Assembly: GCF_004010195.1 (NCBI RefSeq)
Contig: NC_057718.1
Span: forward strand, 99,027,794 to 99,058,752
Direction: 5' to 3'
Source of the DNA: Chiloscyllium plagiosum
Lineage: Eukaryota
Length of the DNA: 30,959 bases
Part shown: piece after piece, positions 1 through 12,508 of the stretch
How the letters are laid out: every line of letters begins with the position of its first letter
Position numbering within the stretch: the stretch's first letter is position 1
Made by a program: the position numbers and the translations under genes
Notes under the pieces: generated by a model
What the model was told of the DNA's origin: nothing
The model's database searches: none
Seen by the model: the letters and a program-made list of their open reading frames with translations, nothing else

Positions 1-215
1 AAATCTGCCATTAAGAGGCCATTAATGACTGTAGGGCAGATTTGGGTAGAATCCCAACATATGGCAGAAGTTTTAAATGACTACTTTGCATCACTCCTTA
101 GAAGTGAAGATGATGCTAAGTTAATAATGCTGCAATATATAGCTGGTGCTAACATTATAAGTGTAAAAGTGAATATGGAAACAGTCCTTGCTGGATCAAA
201 ATTAAAATTAATTGG
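1..215 (+). mobile_element. Decayed CR1 LINE ORF2 fragment
   Basis: HMAEVLNDYFASL matches the CR1 ORF2 linker motif MAEVLNEYFASVF. Confidence 0.65.
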
Positions 216-1654
216 GTAATGTTACATTGGCTCATTAATTTAGTGGATTAAAAATTCACGTTGCTCAGGTGAAACCACCACCACAGGGTACGGGCCTGGA
301 ACATGCCCATGTTTAAAAAGGAAAATGAGGAGTTCCAGGAAACTGCAAGTCAATTTTATCCTGAAGACTTCTATACTTAATTTGTACTTTCCACTTTCCC
401 TCCCTCCTGATCCAACTATTTTGCATTGCTGATCTGCAGTTTTATTTGACAATTTGTACTTTCACTTAATGTGGGCAAGATACATTTTCATGTTGCTTTT
501 TTTTAAATCAAATGTTTTTGTCCTCTCTGTTTTTAGCCCTGTTCTTAAACTGAGCCTAAATATGTTGTGGTCACTATTTGAGGACTCTTCCCTACTTTTA
601 GTTGCCTACTTTCTCCTTTTCATTAACCAGATTAGGTCAAGTAGAATTTTTTTCCTCCTTGAATTATCAGCATGTTAATTGAGGTAACAGTTTTGTGTAC
701 ATAGCTTTTTTTTTAATCCACAAACATTTTGTCTAACAGAATATATTTTTGAATAATTAGAATTTCCTCCTTGTTATTTTATTGAATTCTACATTATATT
801 TGCACCAGAAAACAAAATAAAGTAATGCTAAAAGCCACTGCTACCTCAGGCTAGACTTAAAAAAGTTAGAGTAGACAACCTCGGTTGAGCCTGATACTCA
901 GAATAGTTCTTGTTCTTCTACCAGATGTTGTTGTCTGGGGTTTAGAGCCAAGAATGATCTGCAGTTAGCTGAGTCTGTACTGACTCCAAGCAAGCCATTT
1001 TCCTTCGCCTGCGCAATAGTAGGTCAAACTCCCACAGTATGTTAAATATGTGGAATACAAGAAAATAATATGACATCTTTAGGGGCTTCCTCATTCTTCT
1101 AACTGTTCTTCACATACCAAAATGCATGCCCCCTTCCCCCTTTGGAACTGATTGTATATATTTATACCACATTTCATTTTCTGCTCACTGTGAGGAATGA
1201 TTTGTACATCAGCAGTTTCACACAGCAATAAAGGAGTTCTTACAGTTAAAATAATTTTAAAGGGACTGTATACACATCTGAAGATGGAAAATAATTCATC
1301 CCCTATCGTGCCCCCTCCACTTTCCTTCCCCACTAAATCAGAGTTATCTTTGAAAGGATTCAAATATCTGGATAATCCCAGCTTTCCAGAATGGGATTGA
1401 ACCTTTTGAAGACTCCTGTCAATGTTGTAATGTCTGATTTATACAGAGTAAGGAAGGAAGAGTATGTGGAAATATCAGAAAATTCCCACCAAGCATGTTG
1501 TTTGGCACAGAAGATTTGTTGAGAATGATTGATTGGTCTGTGGCACTGCACTAATACAACTACTAAAATTAAATATTACTTTTGAAGTAACATAACCTCC
1601 CAGACTACTTCTCAGGATTATTATCAAACAAAATTTGGCACCAAGCAACATAAG

Positions 1655-1835
1655 CTGATATTGGAGCTTGGTCGGAAAGGTAGCAAATGCACAAGAGGCC
1701 AGAAATGGAGGAGCCAGAGATCTTGGGATGGTGAAGAGAGAATGGGTGAGGTATAGCAAATGTACATCTGGAGGAGATTACAGAGATATGGAGGGGATAG
1801 CAACTGGATATTGGGAAGCTTTTGAGGAGAGGTAA
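1655..1835 (-). mobile_element. Old L2-like LINE fragment
   Basis: Purine-rich ggaggagattacagagatatggagggg reads on the minus strand like the L2 ORF2 C-terminal PPYLCNLLQ segment. Confidence 0.45.
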
Positions 1836-2462
1836 TAAAAAGCTGCATTCACTTTTGCTTACTTCTTAACAATGCCCTGGTTCTGTAAAGGAAACATTTT
1901 ACTTACCTTCCTTCCCCCTCTTTCCGATTGTGATTCCATATGGTTACTGTCCTACTCCTCTTGCATTTGGCATTGCCAAGTTGAAAGTTGTTTTTGCTAA
2001 CCTAAGAACCACGAATTTGTCCATTTTAAAGGCAAACTTGTTTTCAAGGCTAGTGTGCCAAACATTCTTCTGTCATATCCCACAATTAAGCAGAGCTTTG
2101 GTCATAAACTTTTAGTAATCAACCATATTGTAGTCTTTGAGTGGATTGAAAGTGTTTTTAAAAAGTCAATGATTGTCCGAAAACTTTCATAATTTGAAAT
2201 ACATGCTAAATTATCATTTTTGTAGAATCTTTTATAGGAGATAATTTAAATGATTTTTAAAAGTTAATTGTATTTAAATATGTCGAAATGGATAAGTTAT
2301 TTGTAGTTCCAGGTTAGTGAAATGTTTTTCCTGTTCTTAAAACGTAGTCTTCCCACTCCTACTTCATTTTTGTGAGCCCTTCATAATACTGCTAACATTG
2401 GTAAGTTTGTTAGAAATTTGTGTGAAAGCATCAAGTGAAAATGTTAATCTTTTCCCATTTAG

Positions 2463-2551
2463 GACTTTATATATTCCCTGAACGTTTTGTGGTTTGTATA
2501 ACTCCATGTGAAACTGGTCCAAAAAGAGGAATTGCTGAGGAACAGATTACT
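2463..2551 (+). CDS. SLX4IP: SLX4IP internal coding exon (phase 1 in, phase 0 out): xLYIFPERFVVCITPCETGPKRGIAEEQIT
   Basis: Acceptor cttttcccatttag ends at 2462 and donor gtacgt starts at 2552. 89 nt = 2 nt + 29 codons with no stop. LYIFPERFVVC resembles human SLX4IP LCVFPDRFVVC (recalled). Confidence 0.9.
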
Positions 2552-3889
2552 GTACGTATTTTATGGAAAATTATTAAGTAAATTTTAACCTAGTTTTGTT
2601 ACTTTTACAACAATCGGCTAACATTTTAACTTTTAAAACAAGCTGCAAACTCAGTAACATGGTTTAGTTGCACAATACATTGGGGAATAAAAATACAAAA
2701 TTCTGCTCTCATCTTGTTCCTTGCTGGGTGTGAAGTGTTGTAGAACTATAGGGCTGCTCTCTGCAAACCAGCATTCCTATCAGCTAAGGATTAAAGTCCT
2801 GTAAAATGTCTTCCTTTTTATAACTTTCTATTTAGGTTTTTGGCTTATTGGAACTGGAAACTGGGCATCATAAATGACTTCTAATTTAAATCTAGATATA
2901 ATGTTATTTCAGGTATATTTTAAGTGTTATTAATTTAAAATTATAGCTCTGTGAAGAAATGCTTTTTTCCATCCTGGGGAATGGAAAACCAATGTTTTGT
3001 GGTTTATCACAAATCAAAGGCTAAGTGGGTATGTTAGTAGCAGGTAAATTAATGTCACAAACACTGAGGTGCAAAATTTATCTACTTAACAATTCCTTGA
3101 TGATCCTTTTGTGTGAGGAACTGCATGTCCTACACTTTGTATTTGCTCTATTTATAAACTTCTAAACAGGAAGTTACAATGACCTATGTGATGTGAAAGC
3201 AAAAGAATGTTATGTCTTGAACAGAGACAGCTGTCCCCATATATTTGTGACACATGTAATGCTTGATAAATTGAAGGTGTTCAATCTTCCTTCCATAATG
3301 GAAGAGCATACTTCACAACATTCATCAAAGATCTATGAATGATAATTTCCTTACGATTTATAGAAAATAATGAAATGCTCATGTTGAATAAAGCAGAAAT
3401 TTTGAGGGTTTAAATAAATGACAAGGTGAATTTTTTTAATAATCTTTCTGTACACAATGGAGGTGTATAATTTATGTTTAAACAGAATTGCATAATCAAC
3501 AATCATTTTAAACTAATCCTGTTTTCTACTCTGGTTGTAATATATTATTTTGGTGGCTGTAGTGGCAGCCTGTTGCTAATATACATTACAATATGAATGT
3601 GTTCTGATTTCCTGTTTAAATCTTCTTACTAAATGTGTATTCATTTTGTGATTAATTGAATTTCAGCATTTTACTGGATAGAAAAAGGAAGCAAGTTTTC
3701 CATACACACTGAAACTCAATGCACCTAACGTTACATTTGTGCCATTGTAAATTGGATGTTGATAGAAAAAGGTACATAATCTGAGATTAGAACTTCGAAA
3801 GGAATTACATTTCATTTGCAGAGATATTATTTACAACAAGCCTTACATAAGTAAAATATTTTAAAATTAATTGGCCAATCCTTAACCAG

Positions 3890-4114
3890 GAAAACGTGAG
3901 GATTGCAGATGCTGGAGATCAGAGTTGAGAGTGTGGTGCTGGAAAAACACAGCACGTCAGGCAGCATTCAAGGAGCAGGAGGATCGACGTTTCAGGCATA
4001 AGCCCTTCATCAGGAATCACTATTCCTGGTGAAGTGCTTATGGCCGCAATGTCGATCCTCCTGCTCCTCGGATGCTGCCAGACCTGCTGTGTTTTTCCAG
4101 CACCACACTCTCAA
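3890..4114. mobile_element. Penelope-like element fold-back (two inverted 3' ends)
   Basis: Left arm gagagtgtggtgctggaaaaacacagca...caggaat is the reverse complement of right arm attcctgg...tttttccagcaccacactctc. Possible TSD taaccag at 3883-3889 and 4119-4125. Confidence 0.85.
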
Positions 4115-4916
4115 ATTATAACCAGTCTGCTTTCTGAATTGAGCGGCAAATGTAAGTTTTACTTGTAAGGGATAGTCAAAGTAGTTCATTTAAATGTTTT
4201 TAAAAAAGGCCCTACAACTAATGTAATCTCCTACATTTCTGATGTATTTGTTTGTTTGGCCATTCAAATGTAGCTTTCTAAGGCATAGATAGCTTGCATC
4301 ACCAGTGGATATCAACAGTTGTTTGGTACTATTTGAATTATCTCCCTCAAAATAGTCATAACAAGCAACTCAACATTATAATCTTGTAGAATTTATTTAG
4401 AAATGTTATTTTAAAATTATTTTTGAAGGCGCTTTACTTTCAGATGTCTGGTTTTAGCACAGTTGTGCTCAGATGGTTGAGTATATCTTATCAAATTTAT
4501 GCAACGTTTTACACTTAAACTGGGATGATTGTGAAAACTGTACCACTGGTCTACCTTGGTTCTCAGACAACGGGCCTGGCGGTATTTAAACAGGAGAGTT
4601 TCTTTCAAAACATCGATGATAACTAAATACTAGCATTAGCAAATTGCCTTATGATCTCTCTCCAGCTTCAAAAGGCCCCTCAAGACATACTTTATAATTT
4701 CCGTCAGATATTTCCAGTATTTTTTTCCTTCAGTTTCTCATTTGAGTTGACAATATCCAATAAAGCACTGTGGAATATTTAGTTGCATGAAATATGTCAA
4801 ACATTATAAACAGCCATCAAAGTATTGTTTTAACAATGCTGCACTTTTGAGTAACAGAAAGGAAATGGATACTCCATTTTTTTATCTTGTCCCCAGTCTC
4901 CTCATATTTTTCTTTT

Positions 4917-5256
4917 TAATCCATTCTCAGGGATGTGGGCATCATTGGCTAGGTCAGCATTTATTGCCCAGCCCTAATTGCCCAGAGGGCAGTTTATGAG
5001 TCAACCACATTGCTGTGGGTCTGGAGTCACATGTAAGCCAGACCAGGTACGGATGGCAGTTTCCTTTGCTAAAGGGCATTAGTGAGCCATTTTTCCAACA
5101 ATTAACAATAGTTTCATGGTCATCCTAAGACTGTTAACTCTGTTGGATTCAAATTCCACCATCTGCCATGGTGGGATTTGAATCCAGATTCTCAGATCAT
5201 TACCTGGATTTCTGGATTGATAGCCTTTTTGTGGTAATACCACCACCACTTCCCCT
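4917..5256 (-). mobile_element. tRNA-derived shark SINE, SacSINE1/DeuSINE-like
   Basis: Minus strand has a B-box-like ggattcaaatccc followed by accatggcagatggtggaatttgaat, and core ...tacatgtgactccagacccacagcaatgtggttgactc...gggcaataaatgctg, matching the recalled consensus. Confidence 0.75.
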
Positions 5257-5499
5257 AAAAAAATAAAGTGCATTCTGCTAGTATCAGTTGCCGCTTAATG
5301 CCTTGTCCAAATGACCGTTTTTCATGTCTGAACTCACATAGTGAATAGTAGCAGGCTATTGGGCTGTGGTACCATCATAGTTGAGCCTACTTCTGTCCTC
5401 AGACAGATGATTAACCTTTGGTGTTCGTCTTTCTCTTTGGCTCTTGAAACATCACATAATACTTGGTTAAAAGAGAAGGCAAGAAAATGGCTTTTAGCC

Positions 5500-5626
5500 T
5501 TCTACTCAAGAGTCATACAGAACTCAGCATTAACTGTGTTTCTCTTTCCAAAGGTGCTGCCATACTTTCTCCAGCACTTTCTATTTGTATTTCAGATCTC
5601 CAGCATCTGCAGTACTTTGCTTTTGT
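5500..5626 (+). mobile_element. Decayed PLE 3' terminus (third subfamily)
   Basis: Ends in tttctccagcac...cagatctccagcatctgcagtactttgcttttg, shared with the other PLE tails. A ribozyme remnant aagagtcatacagaactc...ttaact precedes it. Confidence 0.7.
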
Positions 5627-7730
5627 TCTACTAATACTACTATTGAATGAGCAGATTGAAGCAGTGTGAGAACAGCATTGAGTTATTCCCCTGACAATTT
5701 GTCTTCCTTCCTCCATGCAGACATTCTTTGAATGCTTTATACAAAGCTGGGAAATTGCTGGGTGGATAATTTATCAAAGACCTGTGACCTATCACCTGTT
5801 GACAACTTTCTTTAATATTTTTGAATTCATATCTGATTATGTATCTACAGCTTTGGTGAACTGTGATTCCAGACATTCATTTTCATTTGCTTGATCTTGT
5901 TATGTAAAGAACACTTACCAGTATTTTGACCATGTTTAATTGCAGACTATCCGCAAGAATATGTTTTAGCGGATTTCTTCCTTGATCCAAATGTTTATCT
6001 TGGGTCATGTTGGTCCTGAATGTCTCTTTGGGAGAAGTAATTAGCAGAGGGCCTTTTTAGTCAATAGCTGTTTGAGGAGCAGAGCTATCAGATCTATTAA
6101 CTGGAGTGTTGTGTTGCCTTTCTTACTTTTGAACCCATTTTTTAAAAGAAACTCGCGATTAAGCCAATGTTTTTGAGAACAGACAAAACCGCAATGATGT
6201 TTTATTGAACAAGCAAACCAAAATGTGTTTGCTATTACTCTGAGCTTAGTCAGAGCATTTTTAAATGGTACCTCATGAAGAACAGTTGTAGTTATAGCCA
6301 GCCATTTTTTAAAAAGGTTATCAGGGAGTTAAATTTGTTCAATAACATTGTGACCATACTACTCCAAATAGACTAACTCTCCTATCAACCCTTATGTTAT
6401 CTCTCATCTCCAACAATTTTTTTTTTACCCTACAGAAGATCAGACAGCCTATTGTTAAAAATAAATGGGTTTGCAGATTAATTACCTGGGCAACTATGAT
6501 TTTTCAGAATACTCACCTGACATTCTTCATCTGTTTAAACTACCTTGATTAAAAACCCATCCTGATTATACTGATTGTGTTGAAGCTTTTTATACTTTGT
6601 GAATCTTCTTATCTAGACGTTACTGTTACCAAGATTTCACGATATAAAAATGTGTATCTCTGTGGAGCTGGGCATTATGTGCTAAATTGGAATTTCTCAC
6701 CACACTTATTAGGCAGTAAATGGCTAATTCACCTGTACACAGCTCAGTCAGAAACCCTTTTGGTGAAGATGATGGGGTTGGGGGAGAATTAGAGTCTGAA
6801 ATAGGTGACAGTCAGTGAGTAATCAGTGTACCTGCCTATACATATTAGCACAAGGCCTGAGCCAAATTCAGCACTGGACTTTGTCTGTATTGAGCTAGCA
6901 AGTTGTTGAGACAGGGGTTTGGAGGGGTGGGGGTGTGGAAATCTATCTGAACTTAACATTGGCTCTCTCAGGTGGTTGTTGGCAAGGGGGAGTAGGGAGA
7001 AATTATATTAAGAGTGGTTAAGCAGTGGCTGCCAGCAGAGAGCAGTGCAAATAATGGAATCCAGCATGGTGGGAACTTTGTCCACTACAAACCTTATCAA
7101 CCTTAAGGATCAAAAGAAACATATGAGCTTTGCTGATTCTGAAACTAGTCAGACTGTAACAGCACGCTATATTTGCTTTCCTGGTTTCTCCTCTAAATGC
7201 ATTGTGATCATATGGAGCTTACATAATCACTTACAGCAGTACAATAATGTAGTTGTCCTTGTGCAAGAACAATAAAAATTTGAAATATGGATATGAAGGG
7301 ATATGTTAAAAATTCCATATACAAGCCAAGTAATTGCAATTGTAAGAGTAAAAAAGCTTTAAAAAGAGGCAAAGAGAAAGATAGAAAATGTCATCTTTTT
7401 GATCAGAGTTGAAAGCTGCAGAAATCCCTACGAGAGAGTAAAGTGAAGGGCTGCAGAAAGAAGTGCACTTGTCATAGTGTGGGCTGAGCCTAGTGGATAT
7501 GTGAAGATGGTGCAAGGTAAACATAGCATGGCATACTGTGACATCAGGCAGGAGCAATTCTAAGCAGTAGTGTTGGATTCCACCAACTTTACTGCAAATC
7601 TTAGTGCATTTTATTTCCACTTGATTATTTTTTTTGTGGAGAAAGTGAGGTCTGCAGATGCTGGAGATCAGAGCTGAAAATGTGTTGCTGGAACAGCGCA
7701 GCAGGTCAAGCAGCATCCAGGGAACAGGAG

Positions 7731-7766
7731 AATCGACGTTTCGGGCATAAGCCCTTCTTCAGGAAT
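7731..7766 (-). ncRNA. Minimal type-I hammerhead ribozyme motif in PLE end (intact core)
   Basis: Minus strand reads ATTC-CTGAAGA-A-GGGC-TTAT-GCCC-GAAACGTC-GATT: CUGANGA core, 4-bp helix II, GAAA, palindromic ACGU helix III and GUC triplet. Confidence 0.7.
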
Positions 7767-7808
7767 GAGGAAAGTGTGTCCAGCAGGCTAAGATAAAAGG
7801 TAGGGAGG

Positions 7809-8302
7809 NNNNNNNNNNNNNNNNNNNNNNNNNNNNNNNNNNNNNNNNNNNNNNNNNNNNNNNNNNNNNNNNNNNNNNNNNNNNNNNNNNNNNNNNNNNN
7901 NNNNNNNNNNNNNNNNNNNNNNNNNNNNNNNNNNNNNNNNNNNNNNNNNNNNNNNNNNNNNNNNNNNNNNNNNNNNNNNNNNNNNNNNNNNNNNNNNNNN
8001 NNNNNNNNNNNNNNNNNNNNNNNNNNNNNNNNNNNNNNNNNNNNNNNNNNNNNNNNNNNNNNNNNNNNNNNNNNNNNNNNNNNNNNNNNNNNNNNNNNNN
8101 NNNNNNNNNNNNNNNNNNNNNNNNNNNNNNNNNNNNNNNNNNNNNNNNNNNNNNNNNNNNNNNNNNNNNNNNNNNNNNNNNNNNNNNNNNNNNNNNNNNN
8201 NNNNNNNNNNNNNNNNNNNNNNNNNNNNNNNNNNNNNNNNNNNNNNNNNNNNNNNNNNNNNNNNNNNNNNNNNNNNNNNNNNNNNNNNNNNNNNNNNNNN
8301 NN
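7809..8302. other. Assembly gap (494 N)
   Basis: Run of N; both flanks belong to the same minus-strand PLE family. Confidence 0.99.
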
Positions 8303-8944
8303 AGATTGGTGGGGTGGTAGGTGAGGACCAGTGGGGTTCTGTCCTGGTGGCGGTTGGAGGGGCGGTGCTCAAGGCGGAGGAGCGGGAAGTGGAAGAGATG
8401 CGGTGGAGGGCATTGTCGACCACGTCAGGGGGGAAATTGCGGTCCTTGAAGAAGGAGGCCATCTGGGTTGTACGTTTTGAAATAATGTACCAAAGATTTT
8501 CAGTACTACTTCTGATCTTGCTTTCCTTCTTCATACATATGTATATATTATGTGGAAGTGTGTTGAATGCCATTTTGGTAAAGTGGTGATATAAGTGACT
8601 TGGATGAAAACGTAGATGGGTGAGTTAATAAGTTTGCAGATGATACAAAAATTGATAGAGTTGTGGATAATGTAGAAGGTTGTCAAAGGATACAGTGGAA
8701 TATGGATCAGTTGCAGATATAGTCAGAAAAATGGCAGATGGAGTTTAATCTGGGTAAGTGTGAGATATTGAGCGTTGGGAGATCAAATGTTAAGGAAATG
8801 ACAGGACTCTGAACACCATTGATGTACAGAAGGATCTTGGGGTTCAAGTCCATAGCTCCCTGAAAATGGCCATGCAAGTAAATATGATAGTACAGAAGGC
8901 ATAAGGCATGCTTACCTTCATTGGTTGGCGAATTGAGTACAAGA

Positions 8945-9709
8945 AAAAGTGAGGACTGCAGATGCTGGAGATCAGAGTAGAGAGCACACCATGTCATGCA
9001 GCATCCAAGGAGCAGGAGAATCAACGTTTTGGGCAGGAGCCCTTCATCAGGAATGAGGCTGGGAGCCTCGGGGGTGGAGAGATAAATGGGATAAATGGGA
9101 GGTGGGTGGGGCTGTGGAGAAGGTAGCTGAGAGGGCAATAGGTAGATGGAGGTGGGGGTGAAGGTGATAGTTCGGAGTGGAGGGTGGAGCAGATGGGTGG
9201 GAAGGAAGATTGACAAGTGGGATAGGTCATCGGGACAGTGCTGAACTGGAAGTTTGGAACTGTGGTAAGGTAGGGGGAGGTTACATCTTCTGCCTCGGGA
9301 TCCTTCAACCCCAGGGCATCAATGTGACGCCTCATCTTCCACCTCAGGACCCTATAAACCCCAAGGCGACAATGTGGACTTCACCACTTTCCTCATTTCC
9401 CCTCCTCCCATTTTGCCCCAGTTCCAACCTTCCAGCTCAACGCCGTCCCCTTGACCTGTCTCACCTGTTAATCTTCCTTCCCACCTATCCGCTCCACTCT
9501 CCTCTCCGACCTATCATCTTCGCACCTACTTCCATCCAACTATTGCCCTCTCAGCTACCTTCTTCCCCCATCCTACCACCTCCTATTTATCTCTCCCCCC
9601 CCGAGGCTCCCAGCCTCATTCCTGATGAAGGGCTCCTGCCCAAACCATCGATTCTTCTCTTCGGATGCTGCATGACCTGCTGTGCTTTTCCAGCACCACA
9701 CACTCTCAA
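8945..9709. mobile_element. Inverted PLE insertion into CR1 with 14-bp TSD
   Basis: TSD aattgagtacaaga at 8931-8944 and 9710-9723. Left arm is minus and right arm is plus. The centre encodes the endonuclease C-terminal IFCLGILQPQGINV. Confidence 0.9.
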
Positions 9710-10084
9710 AATTGAGTACAAGAGTCAGGATGTCATGTTAAATTACAGGAAGGATGTGGAGGCTTTGCAGAGAGTGCAGAAGAGGTTTACCAAGATGCTG
9801 CCTTGATTGGAGGATACGAGCTATAAGGAGAGGCTAGAAAACTCAGGTTGTTTTCTCTGGAGTAGTGGAGGCTGAGGGGAGACTTGATAGAAGATCCTTA
9901 AATTATTAAATGCAGGGATAGGGTTGGTGGTCAGAACCTTTTTCCCAGAATTGAAATGTCTAATACCAGGAGGCATGCATTTCAGGTGGGAGGGGAGAAG
10001 TTCAAAGGAGATGTGAGGGGCAGGTGTTTTACACAGAGAGTGGTCAGAGTCCGGAATGTGCTGCCAGAGGTGGTGGTGATGGAG

Positions 10085-10193
10085 ACAAAAATACTGCATA
10101 TACTGGAATCCAAGGTAGACAAGCAGGAGGCAAGCCAGGCAGCATCAGGGGGTGGAGAAGTCAACGTTTCGGGTGTAACCCTTCTTCAGGGCT
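10085..10193 (-). mobile_element. Second-subfamily PLE 3' end with hammerhead motif, inserted in CR1
   Basis: Minus 10193-10159 reads AGCC-CTGAAGA-A-GGGT-TAC-ACCC-GAAACGTT-GACT. Degenerate flanking repeat tggtgatggag / tggcggtggag. Confidence 0.8.
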
Positions 10194-10243
10194 GGCGGTG
10201 GAGGCAGACACGGTAAGGGAATTTAAGGACTTTTCGGTAAGTA

Positions 10244-10400
10244 TAGAGGAACCTCGATTATCCGAATGACACGGGTGGGGAGTATTTTGTTTGGATAATC
10301 GAATGTTGGATAACACAGTCTAGCCAAGCATTGGGACCTTGTGATCGTGTCCGGACAATTTGAAATACGGATATCGAGTGCCGGATAATCAAGGTTCCTG
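10244..10400. mobile_element. Non-autonomous Tc1/mariner-pogo (Tigger-like) MITE
   Basis: TIRs tagaggaacctcgattatccg and cggataatcaaggttcctg, flanked by TA (10242-10243, 10401-10402), with internal ggataa repeats. Confidence 0.8.
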
Positions 10401-10739
10401 TAAACAGAACAGAATAGCCTTTATCGTCACATACACTCAATGTGTATTGTAAAAAGTTTATATGTCACTAATTATAGTGCCAACATGAATATACCAGGAG
10501 TGGAAGGATATGGACCAAGAGCGGGCAGAAAGGATTAGTTTCATTTGGCGTCATATTTGGTGCAACATCTTGGGCTGTACTGTTGTGTGTTCTCACACTC
10601 CTTACTTTTACATACAATAACTTAACTTCTTTTTGTTGCCAACATAAAAATAAATTTAAAATGAGACTGTGCAGTTAGTCCAATTTATCTATGCACACCT
10701 TAACAATGCATTAAACTAGAATTGCACTAATCACCCATG

Positions 10740-12500
10740 TTCGTTCCCCTTGTTTCTGTCTTCTGTGTGCCTTTGTCTGTTCTGGTGTTCCTAAGAGTTT
10801 TTTCTCCAGTAATTGTAGCATGGGTGACGTATTCTGCCCTTTAATTGAGGAGATTGCGGTTGGCCTTGGAGGATGACCTCAAACAGCTCTGGCCCTTGAG
10901 GGCCCAACTTCAAACTGTACCACCTGGACCTGGGCTGCAGATGTCTGGGCTGGCTGGCTGACTAACATACAGCAGCAAGGGCATTTTCAGAGTGATAGGA
11001 GTGGGAGCAGGAATTCTGGCATCCTGAGAGAAGCCATCTGGTTCCATTTTCTCAGAGCTGTGCCTTAGCATTCGTGTTGATGTATTGGAGGACAGATTAA
11101 CGAGTGCCTATGAAATCCCGGAACCCCTTTCAAAGAGCCGAATTCTGAGCCATCAAGGATGTAGACTGATTTTCGTTGACGATAGTTTGAGATCCCACTG
11201 GAGCCCTCGGACCTTTGACAGAATCTGTTTGTGCTTCAGCAGAAGCATTGATTAGCCATCAAGTACTGAATCATGGTAGGTTCTACTAGGGAGCTTATGG
11301 AAGTGACCATGTATCCAAAAATTAGACTCCAAATTTGCTCAAAGTCCTGTACCTGCTGGACATCTTTCACTGTTGCTCTTGCAGATTTTCTGTTAAGTTT
11401 TCCAGAAAGCATTTGATTATGTACATATATCAGCCTTCTATAGTCTAAACCATCAATGCCCTTATGTGACTCACCTCTCCCCCCTGCCCCTTAACCTGGC
11501 ACATGTCATTCTTTCTCTCTGTCCTGGCAGCTATGCATTTGTGGCTGGCACCTCATCACATGCAGATCTCTCTCAGCCTCTGAAATAATGTCATTCCAGT
11601 GGTTGTGAGTGTGCTATAGAACTACAGCATCTCCTCATCTTCATTCTCTGACTTGGCGGATTCCAGCTCTTGGGTATTTGAAATGAAAAAGCGAGGTGTG
11701 GTGCCTCGTGAAGTGAGGAAAGAAAGTAAGAATTGTGTGCTTATCTGCACTCTAGATGGAGAAAAGATTAGTGAATGAAACAGAGGTGGTTAGAGAGAAA
11801 GAGGATTAAGTATGCAAGTAGCCTGCGTATTGATCCCTCCAATGGCTACACCGTAGCATGTGTATACGATTTGTGGGTGTGTGCTTAGGATAAACAAATG
11901 AATTGAACCATGGGTGAGGTTACTGTTGCAATTGGTACAATGTGGCATTTGAAGATGGTTAACCTTGATAACTCATCTTGGATTGGTAAATTTCTTTATG
12001 CATTGCCTCCATGTTCTTGGAGCTACACTCTGATCTCTACTGCTTATTTTTATTTAGTGTATGTAAATCCCCCAAATCCAAGCAATAGCTTCCTCACTTA
12101 CTGAACATAAGATGATTAATCTCTAAAGGGCACAAGTCTTTGGCAATGTGTTGTGTTTCTGCATAAGGATGTAGAGGGTTTGTACCAATGCCCCAGTTGT
12201 GTAGATTGGCTGCCCAGGGTCCTTGTCCTGGCTTGGACCTGTTCAGCAAGAGCCAGTTATGCCGTGTTAGTTCAAACCCTGCGATTGGACAGATGAAGGT
12301 TGTCACACATTTGTTAGTGACTTCCTGAACTTTCCATTCCTTAATCCAAAGGGTGGCTGATTGATCTTGCTCAGGAAAGATGCTCTGTATGGGGTACCAA
12401 GGTAGAAGGTGGGCATCAGTGAATTGAGCATGTCATTCCAAGGTGGTAAGTAAGTTCCATCACAGATGGTTTCATCAGTTTGTGAGTTTTTGTCAAATTG
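10740..12500 (-). mobile_element. Unclassified higher-GC decayed element, possibly PIF/Harbinger-related accessory ORF remnant
   Basis: GC rises relative to flanks. The broken minus-strand frame RRLIYVHNQML...SISSLVEPTMIQYLMA recalls shark repeat-derived proteins. No termini identified. Confidence 0.25.
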
Positions 12501-12508
12501 GCAGGTGT

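Larger units (their letters stand above)
7638..8474 (-). mobile_element. 5'-truncated Penelope-like retroelement spanning the assembly gap (RT C-terminal linker to 3' terminus)
   Basis: Minus translation RTTQMASFFKDRNFPPDVVDNALHRISSTSRSSAL is typical of the region after PLE RT. The canonical terminus ...gatctccagcatctgcagacctcactttctcc ends at 7638. Confidence 0.85.
8587..10592 (+). mobile_element. CR1 LINE 3' part (RT domain to 3' UTR) interrupted by nested insertions
   Basis: KFADDTKI at about 8630, RKDVEALQRVQKRFTKMLP at about 9750, and a CR1-type tail gggctgtactgttgtgtgttct near 10575-10592. Confidence 0.9.

Noticed and set aside
2340..2462. Consensus donor TTG|GTAAGT at 2401 suggesting an upstream exon and a 62-nt intron
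   Set aside because: The phase-compatible frame has a TGA a few codons upstream and no resemblance to the expected SLX4IP sequence. The true upstream exons are probably outside the window.
6416..6550. Poly-T acceptor (taccctacag) with a short open frame
   Set aside because: No convincing donor and no SLX4IP similarity. The flanking exons join directly and collinearly with the human protein.
7788..8573. 261-aa ORF
   Set aside because: Artefact of translating through 494 N. The real part is a PLE fragment.
8707..9806. 169-aa and 209-aa proline-rich ORFs on opposite strands
   Set aside because: Read-through of the inverted PLE 3' regions. Their similarity reflects the inverted repeat.
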